The position numbers and the translations under genes are program-made. Positions 1 to 8,283 of a DNA stretch of 64,000 nt are shown one piece after another; within the stretch, counting starts at the first letter, position 1; the number at the start of each line of letters is the position of its first letter. Location: contig CARUPR010000001.1 in NCBI GenBank assembly GCA_949077035.1, positions 22,443 through 86,442 of the forward strand, read 5' to 3'. Source of the stretch: an uncultured Eubacteriales bacterium (GTDB taxonomy: Bacteria; Bacillota; Clostridia; Christensenellales; UBA1242). The notes under the pieces were generated by a model, which made no database searches, was not told the DNA's origin, and saw only the letters and a program-made list of their open reading frames with translations.

Positions 1-1857
1 GGAATTATTGTGCGTGGAAGAGCAGAAATTGAAGAACATGAGAATGGCAAAACAAGAATTATCATAACAGAGCTTCCATATCAGGTAAACAAGGCTCAGC
101 TTATCATTCAGATTGCCGAGCTTGTAAAGAATAAAAGAATTGAAGGAATTTCAAACATCAATGAAGAATCTGACAGAAATGGTATGAGAATTGTAATTGA
201 TGTTAAGAGAGATTATAATGCACAGGTTGTTTTAAATTCTCTTTATAAACTCACTCAACTTCAAAAGGGTTCTGGAATTATCTTCCTTGCTCTTGCAGAT
301 GGTCAACCAAGAATTCTCAACCTTAAAGAAATGCTTTCATATTATTTAGAGCATCAGAAGGAAGTTCTTGTCAGAAAAACTCAGTTTGACCTTAAAAAAG
401 CAAGGGAGAGAGAACATATTGTAAAAGGTCTTGTTATCGCACTTGCAAACATCGATGAAGTCATTAAAATCATCAAATCGGCAGACGATAAAGCTGATGC
501 CTGCCAAAAATTGACACAAAACTTTGAGCTTGATGAAATTCAAGCCAATGCCATCCTTGAAATGAAACTCAGCAAACTTACCTCTTTGGAAGTTGAAAAG
601 TTGAAGGATGAACTTCGTGCTCTTGAAGAGATTATCTTAGACCTTGAAGATATTTTGGCAAACCCTGCCCGCGTTCTTCAAATCTTAAGAGATAATTTTG
701 AAGAAATTAAAAACAATTTTGGCGACAAACGTAAAACCGAAATCAGCCTTGATGCAGGCGGAATTGATATTGCCGACCTTATAACCAAGGAAGATGTAAT
801 CATTTCTATGACACATCAAGGATTTATCAAACGTATGTCAACAAGTGAATACAAGGCACAAAATCGTGGAGGCGTAGGCATAACTGCCCACAAGACCAAA
901 GAGGAAGACTATGTTGAAAATATGTTTGTCACCTCAACCCATGATGACCTTCTATTCTTCACAAACAAGGGTCGTGTTTATTGCATAAAGGCCTATGAAG
1001 TGCCAGAAGCGCAAAGGACTGCCAAAGGAAGAGCAATTATCAATCTGCTTATGCTTTCACCTGACGAAAAGGTAACAACAGTCATTCCAAGAAAAGATGG
1101 TGCTGAAGGCAACCTTATTATGGCGACAAAAAATGGTCTTATCAAAAAGACAAATCTCACAGAATTTGCTTCTATAAGAAAGGTTGGTAAAATTGCAATT
1201 CACCTTCTTGAAAATGACGAACTTATTGGAGTTGAAGTTTCTTCTGGAGAGGATGACATTCTTGTTGCTTCTCATAATGGAAAAGCTATCAGATTTAATG
1301 AAAAAGATGTCCGAAATATGGGGCGTGACAGTCAAGGCGTGCGAAGCATGAAACTTTCAAGCGACGACTTTATCGTTGACCTTGCTGTAATAAAACCAAA
1401 TTCTCAAATCATAACCATTTCATCAAAGGGCTATGGCAAACGTTCAAGCGTAAATGACTATAGAGTGCAAAGCCGTGGTGGTATGGGTGTGAAAGCTGGC
1501 GTATTCAATGAAAAAACAGGTCATTTGATTGCACTTAAGCAGACATATGACGATAATGATATCCTGCTTATTGCAGACAATGGCGTCATTATCAGAACAC
1601 CTCTTACCGGCATAAGCCAACTTTCAAGAGTAAGCCAAGGTGTAAAAATTATGCGTCTTAAAGAAGACAATCTCATTGTCAGTGCTGCCCTTGTGAAGAA
1701 GGAAGATGATGATGAAAATGGCGAACAGACCGAAAACAATTCAAACGAAAATTTAGAAAACAGCCAAGAAAACAACAATATTCAAGAAAATATTGAAAAT
1801 CAAGAAAATGTTTCTGAAGAAAATAAATCAGAAACAGAAAATGATGAGCAAGAATAA
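1..1857 (+). CDS. gyrA: DNA gyrase subunit A, C-terminal ~618 aa (5' end lies outside the window)
   Basis: The reading frame is open from base 1. The ORF-track GTG at 10 is only an internal codon. The translation has a 'ITELPYQVNKA...IEGISNINEESDRNGMRIVIDVKRD' tower region. It also has repeated beta-pinwheel blades (GGVGITAH, KGRAIINL, GKIAIHL, QGVRSMKL, GGMGVKAG, QGVKIMRL). It ends in an Asn/Glu-rich acidic tail and stops with TAA at 1855-1857. Confidence 0.95.
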   Translation, partial: GIIVRGRAEIEEHENGKTRIIITELPYQVNKAQLIIQIAELVKNKRIEGISNINEESDRNGMRIVIDVKRDYNAQVVLNSLYKLTQLQKGSGIIFLALADGQPRILNLKEMLSYYLEHQKEVLVRKTQFDLKKAREREHIVKGLVIALANIDEVIKIIKSADDKADACQKLTQNFELDEIQANAILEMKLSKLTSLEVEKLKDELRALEEIILDLEDILANPARVLQILRDNFEEIKNNFGDKRKTEISLDAGGIDIADLITKEDVIISMTHQGFIKRMSTSEYKAQNRGGVGITAHKTKEEDYVENMFVTSTHDDLLFFTNKGRVYCIKAYEVPEAQRTAKGRAIINLLMLSPDEKVTTVIPRKDGAEGNLIMATKNGLIKKTNLTEFASIRKVGKIAIHLLENDELIGVEVSSGEDDILVASHNGKAIRFNEKDVRNMGRDSQGVRSMKLSSDDFIVDLAVIKPNSQIITISSKGYGKRSSVNDYRVQSRGGMGVKAGVFNEKTGHLIALKQTYDDNDILLIADNGVIIRTPLTGISQLSRVSQGVKIMRLKEDNLIVSAALVKKEDDDENGEQTENNSNENLENSQENNNIQENIENQENVSEENKSETENDEQE

Positions 1858-2202
1858 TAAAAAAGACAAAATCTGATTTAAAAAATATTAAAAATTTTAT
1901 CAATACAATTTTGTTGCAATAAAAAAACAGTTATTTATTTAATTTCAAAGATGTTGCTATATTTTATTAAAAAATTTAAATAATATCAATATTCATTTAA
2001 ATTATCGCTAAAAAAGAGATTAAAAATAAAATATTGGCTATTATCAAACTATTGTGCCAAATAATTTGACAAAATTTTAAATAATTGCTATTCTTGATAA
2101 TCATAAAAAGAGGGAGTAAACAACCTTCTCTTTGATTAAACTGGGCAAAGGACCTTTATATTTATATAGTGTCTTTTGCTTTGGTTTTAAAGGAGGTCTA
2201 AT

Positions 2203-4269
2203 TTGGAGATTAAGGAAGAGAAACAATATCTCACACAAACATTAAATGTCTTAGATAAAAAAATCAAATTATGTAAAGAAAAACTTAATAAAAATAAAGA
2301 GCGATTTAAAGAGGGTATAAAAAATTTAGGTGAAGAATACAGCGAAATTTCTCGCGGTGGCGATTTATCCAATTCTTTCACCACCCTTGGACTTATGCAG
2401 GCAGAGGAACAACTTACAGAACGTGAAGAAAAAAGATTAAACCTTCAAAAAAGAAATCCCTACTTTGCAAGAATAGATTTTAAATCAAAAAACAAAAAAA
2501 ATGCTCAAAAAATTTATATAGGAATAGGAAATGTCCTTGACGACAAGAAAATTTATGTCGCAGACTGGCGTGCACCTATCTCTAGTATGTATTATGATTA
2601 TAATTTGGGTGATGCATCCTTTTCGATAGACAATGACGTCTATTATGGCAATATAGAGCTTAAACGTCAATACAAAATTGAGGAAGGCAATCTGATATCT
2701 TTCTTTGATACAGACCTTACCATAAATGATGATATCCTTCAGGAAATTTTATCTCAAAATGTTTCTATCAAAATGAAACAGATTGTTTCTTCAATACAAA
2801 AAGAACAAAATGCCATCGTCCGTTGTGATACAAATGAAAATATGCTTGTTCAAGGAATTGCAGGCTCTGGAAAAACATCTATTGCCCTGCACCGAGCAGC
2901 CTATCTTCTTTATAAACACAGAAAACAAATAAAAAGCAGTGATATCACAATCTTATCACCAAACAACATCTTTTCAAGCTATATATCAGATGTTTTACCT
3001 CAACTTGGCGAAGATAACTTGGTGGAAACAACTTTTGCAAGTCTTGCCCGAGCAGAACTTAAAAAGGCAATTCAAACAAGAGAGGATATGCTTGATGAAA
3101 TAGCAACCGCACCTTCACAAGAGCTTTTAAATGAGGTTTCTTATAAATCTTCTTATGAATATCTTGATGACCTGCTGCGTTTCTTAAAAGGACCATTCCT
3201 TGAAACATATTCACCTCAAACATTGAGTTTTGTGGTAAATGAAAATATTGAAGGCGAGAAGGAAACCATTGAGTTTTCTGCCGAAAAAACAAAAGAATTG
3301 TTTTTTAAAACCTTTAAAGGCTATGACTTTTATGAACGTATAAACAAGATTGCATGGCAATACGCAATGTTCTTCACAGAAAGAAGACATTATTCAAAAG
3401 AACAAAATCGTGGTCTTAAAGAAAGGTTTAAAACAATCTTATATCAATTCTTGCCAGTGCGTGACATAGATAAAATCGTTGAAATTTTTATGGCAAGAGA
3501 AGGCTATAAACTTCCTCGCAATAAAAAGATAAGCTATATGGATAAAGGGACATGGCTTGCTATAAAACATTTTGTATATGGCTTAGAACATGATTTCTCT
3601 GCAAAATATCTTATCATCGATGAAATGCAAGATTTCACACCAGTTGACTTTTATATGTTTAAAAAGATATGGGCATGCCCTAAAATTATGGTTGGTGATG
3701 TAAACCAATGCATTGAAAAAAATGTGACCGATGAATATCTGACAATCACTGCAGATTTCCTTGGTTGCAAACTGACTAAACTCAATAAAACATATCGTTC
3801 TACAAAAGAAATTGCTCAATTTGCAAATCATTTGGTTGGACTTGATAATATTGAATTTGTAAATAGAAGCGGCAGCAAACCAACAGTTTACAAAACAAAC
3901 TCACCTGCCAATGCAATAAAAGAAATAATTGAAAAAGAATGTGAAGCTTTAGAGCATATTGCCATCATTTGCAAGTGTCAAAAGGAGGCAAATTTGCTTT
4001 ATAAAGAGCTTAAAAATATTATCGACTGCAAACTGCTTGTAAACCCTGAAGATTATTCTTCTCGCGTGCTTATCACCTCTTGTGCAACCGCAAAAGGTAT
4101 TGAATTTGATGCGGTAATAATTCCAAACTGCGAAAAATCAACCTATAAAAATGCTGTTGATAAAAATATAATATATGTTTCAAGCACAAGAGCTCTTCAC
4201 AAATTGTTCTTCACCTACTCTCAAGAAAAATCTTCTTTTATCTCTGATTTGGAAGAAATAAATTTATAA
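2203..4269 (+). CDS. helD: HelD-type (helicase IV-like) SF1 DNA helicase / RNA-polymerase recycling factor
   Basis: A TTG start lies 6 nt after AGGAGG (2191-2196). The N-terminus is a coiled coil followed by 'YFARIDF...IYIGIGNV...VADWRAPISSMYYDY', typical of HelD. SF1 motifs are GIAGSGKTS (Walker A), LIIDEMQD (Walker B), YRST and YVSSTRALH. Confidence 0.8.
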   Translation: MEIKEEKQYLTQTLNVLDKKIKLCKEKLNKNKERFKEGIKNLGEEYSEISRGGDLSNSFTTLGLMQAEEQLTEREEKRLNLQKRNPYFARIDFKSKNKKNAQKIYIGIGNVLDDKKIYVADWRAPISSMYYDYNLGDASFSIDNDVYYGNIELKRQYKIEEGNLISFFDTDLTINDDILQEILSQNVSIKMKQIVSSIQKEQNAIVRCDTNENMLVQGIAGSGKTSIALHRAAYLLYKHRKQIKSSDITILSPNNIFSSYISDVLPQLGEDNLVETTFASLARAELKKAIQTREDMLDEIATAPSQELLNEVSYKSSYEYLDDLLRFLKGPFLETYSPQTLSFVVNENIEGEKETIEFSAEKTKELFFKTFKGYDFYERINKIAWQYAMFFTERRHYSKEQNRGLKERFKTILYQFLPVRDIDKIVEIFMAREGYKLPRNKKISYMDKGTWLAIKHFVYGLEHDFSAKYLIIDEMQDFTPVDFYMFKKIWACPKIMVGDVNQCIEKNVTDEYLTITADFLGCKLTKLNKTYRSTKEIAQFANHLVGLDNIEFVNRSGSKPTVYKTNSPANAIKEIIEKECEALEHIAIICKCQKEANLLYKELKNIIDCKLLVNPEDYSSRVLITSCATAKGIEFDAVIIPNCEKSTYKNAVDKNIIYVSSTRALHKLFFTYSQEKSSFISDLEEINL

Positions 4270-4530
4270 ACAAATTATCAATTTTTTCGATATAATTATA
4301 TAAAAATAACCTTCAGTTAAATTTTATCAAAAATTAAATTTTGTAAAATATTTTTAATCAATTTTTGACCTGCGAATTTTTATACATTTTGTTGATAATT
4401 TTACGCAATCTTCTAAAAATTGATTTAATAAATTTTAAAATTTTTATAAAAAAACAACATTTTTATCTTTATTTTTATCTCAAAATTTTAAAATAACCAA
4501 CAAAAAATAGGAAAATTCAATAAATTTTCG

Positions 4531-4634
4531 TGTGGATATGTGGATAACTATGGTGGTTATCCACAAAAATAGGTAAAAATGCATAAAAATTAATGCAAAT
4601 GTATAAATATTTATTTGTGGATATGTGGATAACT
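4531..4634. promoter_or_regulatory. DnaA-box cluster (3 perfect and 2 one-mismatch boxes) with phased A-tracts
   Basis: TGTGGATAA occurs at 4539-4547 and 4624-4632, and TTATCCACA at 4557-4565. TGTGGATAT (one mismatch) occurs at 4531-4539 and 4616-4624. The 19-nt direct repeat TGTGGATATGTGGATAACT is at 4531-4549 and 4616-4634. AAAAAT tracts start at 4565, 4575 and 4585. Confidence 0.7.
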
Positions 4635-4747
4635 TTTTGGGGACAACTTTTTCAATTTTGCACAAATTTTTACAATATTTAAAAAATAATTTTGCAAAAC
4701 AGGCTTTCCCACTCGCAATAATAATTTAGTCATAATAAGGAGAATTT

Positions 4748-6064
4748 ATGAACGAGAAAAAACTAATTTCACCTCGAAAATTGTCAGGCTTTATGGAACT
4801 TGAACCATGCAAGCAAATTATCTTTGACAATATGGTTGATAAGATTAAAGCAGTGTATAAAAGATATGCTTTCATGCCTCTTGACACACCTGTTCTTGAG
4901 CTTAGTGAAATTCTTTTGGCCAAATCTGGCGGTGAAATTGACAAAGAGCTATACGCTTTCACCAAAGGCGACACTGCAGTTTGTATGAGATATGACTTAA
5001 CTGTCCCTCTTGCAAGATTTGTTGCTATGAACCACCCTACCCTAAGTTTTCCTTTTAAGAGATATCAAATCGGAAAGGCTTATCGTGGAGAGAGAGCTCA
5101 AAAGGGTCGTTTCAGAGAGTTTGTCCAGTGCGATGCAGACATAGTTGGAAATGAAGTTTTGCCTATTGTTGCTGATGCAGAATGTATTAATATGGCAACT
5201 GATGTTTTCAAAGCTCTTGAGATTGACACCATAATGCATATCTCAAACAGAAATATATTGTTTGGATATTGTGAGAGTTTGGGCTTGAAAGAAAAGACAC
5301 TTGATATCCTCATCATCCTTGACAAAATTGGAAAAATTGGAAAAGAAAATGCAATAATAGAGCTTGAAAAGATTGAAGTTGAAAGCGAAAAGGCAGAAAA
5401 GCTTATTTCAATCGCCCTTAAGCAAGGTTGTTTTGAAGATGTTTTAAACGATATTGGAAAGCTGTCTGACAATGAAACTTTCCAGTTGGGAATAAGTCAG
5501 CTTAAAGAGCTTAATAGTTATCTTTCAAGTTATGGCATCAACAGGGACAACATCACACTTGATATCGGAATTATCAGAGGTCATAACTATTATACAGGCA
5601 CCGTTTTTGAGGCCTATGTCACACAGCATCCAGAGTTTGGCTCGGTTTGCGGCGGCGGAAGATATGACAATCTTGCCGGATATTATACCGAAAAAAATAT
5701 GCCTGGTGTTGGAATCAGCATTGGTCTTACCCGACTTTTTGATACCCTTGATAAAAACAATATGCTTCCAGAAATCAAACCTACAAACATTGACCTGCAA
5801 ATTATACCTATGGGGCAAACCTTGAACGAATGTATCAAACTTCAAGCATATTTTAAAGAGCAAATTGTATGTGAGTTGAATTATGACGAGCGTTCTTTCA
5901 AAAGCAAAATGAAGGAAGCAAACAAACGTCAGATACCTTTCATCTTAATTGTTGGAGAAAATGAAGTTGAAAGCGGGCTGTATTCATTGAAAAATATGCA
6001 AACTGGCGAGCAATTCAATCTGACAAAGGAAGAATGTTTGAATATTATTAAAAAAGGCAATTAA
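4748..6064 (+). CDS. hisS: Histidine--tRNA ligase
   Basis: The SD AAGGAGA lies upstream of the ATG. Class II motifs are present: 'FKRYQIGKAYRGERAQKGRFREFVQCD', 'RGHNYYTGTVFE' and 'GGGRYDNL'. There is a C-terminal anticodon-binding-type domain ('IPFILIVGENEVESG'). Confidence 0.9.
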   Translation: MNEKKLISPRKLSGFMELEPCKQIIFDNMVDKIKAVYKRYAFMPLDTPVLELSEILLAKSGGEIDKELYAFTKGDTAVCMRYDLTVPLARFVAMNHPTLSFPFKRYQIGKAYRGERAQKGRFREFVQCDADIVGNEVLPIVADAECINMATDVFKALEIDTIMHISNRNILFGYCESLGLKEKTLDILIILDKIGKIGKENAIIELEKIEVESEKAEKLISIALKQGCFEDVLNDIGKLSDNETFQLGISQLKELNSYLSSYGINRDNITLDIGIIRGHNYYTGTVFEAYVTQHPEFGSVCGGGRYDNLAGYYTEKNMPGVGISIGLTRLFDTLDKNNMLPEIKPTNIDLQIIPMGQTLNECIKLQAYFKEQIVCELNYDERSFKSKMKEANKRQIPFILIVGENEVESGLYSLKNMQTGEQFNLTKEECLNIIKKGN

Positions 6065-6141
6065 TTAAATTGTCTTTTTTTATATTTCTTGCAACATATT
6101 CCAAAATATTATTTGAGCATATTTTTTTAGTTTTTTTATAT

Positions 6142-6205
6142 TTATTTTTATTTTTTAATATTTTATTTTTATTCTTTAATATTTTATTTTTATTTATAAT
6201 ATATT
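6142..6205. repeat. Three tandem ~21-bp AT-only repeats in the hisS-uvrC spacer
   Basis: The units are TATTTTTATTTTTTAATATTT / TATTTTTATTCTTTAATATTT / TATTTTTATTTATAATATATT, read directly from the sequence. They generate the spurious Phe/Leu-rich ORF 6070..6270. Confidence 0.6.
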
Positions 6206-6307
6206 TTCAATGTTTTATATTATATTTTAATTTAATTTATTTTTTATTTTTATCAATTAAGACAAAATAAAATTTTTAATTGTAATAAATCTAATTTGAT
6301 TTTAAAC

Positions 6308-6336
6308 TTGAAAAAAAATTTAAAAATGGATATAAT
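6308..6336 (+). promoter_or_regulatory. Sigma-A-type promoter TTGAAA-17-TATAAT placed for a leaderless uvrC mRNA
   Basis: TTGAAA is at 6308-6313, followed by a 17-nt spacer and TATAAT at 6331-6336. The uvrC ATG at 6343 follows after exactly 6 nt. No purine-rich SD is present. Confidence 0.5.
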
Positions 6337-6342
6337 TATTGC

Positions 6343-8181
6343 ATGAACAATATTATAAAAGATAAATTAAAAGCTTTGACAACAAAACCGGGCGTCTATA
6401 TCATGCGTGATAATGACGGGCTGGTAATTTATGTAGGAAAGGCAAAAAATCTAAAAAACAGAGTCAGCCAATATTTCAGAAATTCACCAAAGCCAAGCAA
6501 GGTGAAAGCAATGGTTGATAATGTGGCTGATTTTGATTATTTTATTACCATGTCTGAAATGGATGCCCTTGCACTTGAAAGCAATCTGATAAAAAAATAT
6601 CAACCTTTTTATAACATTTTATTAAAGGACGGCAAACAATTTCCTTATATTAAAATAAATCTGAAGGACCCTTTCCCCAAATTTGAAATTGTCAGAAGGG
6701 TGAAAAAAGATGGTGCCAAATATTTTGGTCCATATTTTGCAGGTCTTGATGCAAGAGAAATTTTAAAGACAATAAATGCCGCATTTAAAATTCGCACCTG
6801 CTCAAACAAAATCACAGAAAATTCAATAGCCAAGCGAGAATGTTTAAATTTTTCGCTCAATCTTTGTTCTGCACCCTGCACCAAGCAAATTTCAAGAGAG
6901 ATGTATCTTAATGAAATTGACAGGGCTGTAAACTTTTTAAATGGAAATGACAACGAAATTGAAGAGATTTTGACACGAAAAATGTTGGATGCGTCAAATA
7001 ATGAAAATTTTGAAAGTGCTATTCTTTTGAGAGAACGCTTGAAGATGATTAAAAAGCTAAAAGACAGAGTTGTTGCAAACCTGCCTAAAGATGTATCAAA
7101 AGACATCTTTGCCTATGTTACTGACGGCTTAAGCGGAGTTATCACCTACATGGTTGTGCGAGGCGGAAAGATACTTGGTATCATTTCCTACCCTTGCATT
7201 GACGCAGAGCTTGAAGAAGGTCAAACACTTTTCAATTTTATTTCACAATATTATAATAATATGATTATTCCAAAAGAAATAATTTTATCACATGAAATAC
7301 CTTCAATCGATACTCTATGCGAGTATCTAGGCAAAAAGATAAATTTCATATCCAATCCTCATGGCATAAACAAATCACTGCTTGACATGGCAAAGGAAAA
7401 TGCAAAAGAATATCTTGAAAAGCATTTGGAAAAGGATAAAACAAAATATAACAACACCCTTGGTGCAATAAAGGTTTTAAAGGAAAAACTAAACTTAAAA
7501 GAATTGCCTCTCAGAATGGAATGTTATGATATTTCAAACATCAGCGGGACAAATAAGGTTTGCTCTATGGTAGTTTTTAAAAATGGCGAGCCAAGCAAGA
7601 AAGATTATCGAAAATTTAAAATCAAATCGGTAAAAGGTGCAAACGATTTTGCATCACTTGAGGAGGCTTTGAAAAGAAGACTTAAAAGATATATCGACCA
7701 AAATGGTGAAAGTTTTAAAGAAAAACCAAACTTAATCATTATTGATGGTGGAAAGGGTCAACTTTCTTCCTGTTATGAAATACTTTCCTCTCTTCATCTT
7801 GAAAACGACATTCAAATGATAAGTCTTGCAAAAAGGATTGAAGAGGTATTTCATCCAAATTCCAGCCTGCCAACACTTTTAAAACCAGGCTCGGCAGAAC
7901 TTAAACTTTTGCAACGTATTCGTGATGAAGCACATAGGTTTGCAATCACCTATCATAGGACATTACGCACAAATAAAATGGCAAAATCTATTTTAGATGA
8001 AATTCCTGGTGTGGGCCCTAAGAAAAGAGATGCTTTACTAAAAGCCTTTGGCAGAAGTGAAGACATTGCCAAGCTTGATGTTGAAATGCTTGAAACCCTG
8101 CCCGAGATAAATCATTCTTTAGCATTGACAATATACAATTATTTTCGCTCAAAACCTATAAAGCATGGTATAGAAGAATAA
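6343..8181 (+). CDS. uvrC: Excinuclease ABC subunit C
   Basis: The GIY-YIG N-terminus reads 'PGVYIMRDNDGLVIYVGKAKNLKNRVSQY'. A UvrB-interacting region, an RNase H-like endonuclease domain and a C-terminal helix-hairpin-helix ('IPGVGPKKRDALLKAFG') follow. Confidence 0.95.
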   Translation: MNNIIKDKLKALTTKPGVYIMRDNDGLVIYVGKAKNLKNRVSQYFRNSPKPSKVKAMVDNVADFDYFITMSEMDALALESNLIKKYQPFYNILLKDGKQFPYIKINLKDPFPKFEIVRRVKKDGAKYFGPYFAGLDAREILKTINAAFKIRTCSNKITENSIAKRECLNFSLNLCSAPCTKQISREMYLNEIDRAVNFLNGNDNEIEEILTRKMLDASNNENFESAILLRERLKMIKKLKDRVVANLPKDVSKDIFAYVTDGLSGVITYMVVRGGKILGIISYPCIDAELEEGQTLFNFISQYYNNMIIPKEIILSHEIPSIDTLCEYLGKKINFISNPHGINKSLLDMAKENAKEYLEKHLEKDKTKYNNTLGAIKVLKEKLNLKELPLRMECYDISNISGTNKVCSMVVFKNGEPSKKDYRKFKIKSVKGANDFASLEEALKRRLKRYIDQNGESFKEKPNLIIIDGGKGQLSSCYEILSSLHLENDIQMISLAKRIEEVFHPNSSLPTLLKPGSAELKLLQRIRDEAHRFAITYHRTLRTNKMAKSILDEIPGVGPKKRDALLKAFGRSEDIAKLDVEMLETLPEINHSLALTIYNYFRSKPIKHGIEE

Positions 8182-8283
8182 AAACTGCAATTTTACCATT
8201 TATGCCAACATTCTCACAAAAACCTTAAAAAAAATTTGGTAAAAATTCTTTTTATTGATATACTTACTTCTAGGAGGATATAA

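Noticed and set aside
2143-2183. Hairpin GCAAAGGAC...GTCTTTTGC upstream of helD as a riboswitch or attenuator
   Set aside because: It is a single 9-bp stem with an AT-rich loop and a weak T-run. I recognise no conserved riboswitch motif, so it is too weak to annotate.
4480-4665. 61-aa minus-strand ORF overlapping the DnaA boxes
   Set aside because: The sequence is low-complexity and hydrophobic, translated from AT-rich intergenic DNA. It has no SD and is fully explained by the regulatory repeats.
4270-4747. Firm call of the chromosomal replication origin (oriC)
   Set aside because: The DnaA-box density and the AT-rich flank are suggestive. However, dnaA and dnaN are not in the window. The flanking genes (helD, hisS) are co-oriented rather than divergent, and most downstream coding sequence is on the minus strand. 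It is kept as a finding, not annotated as oriC.
6070-6270. 66-aa Phe/Leu/Ile-rich ORF
   Set aside because: It is an artefact of translating the AT-only tandem repeats. It has no SD and its composition is implausible.
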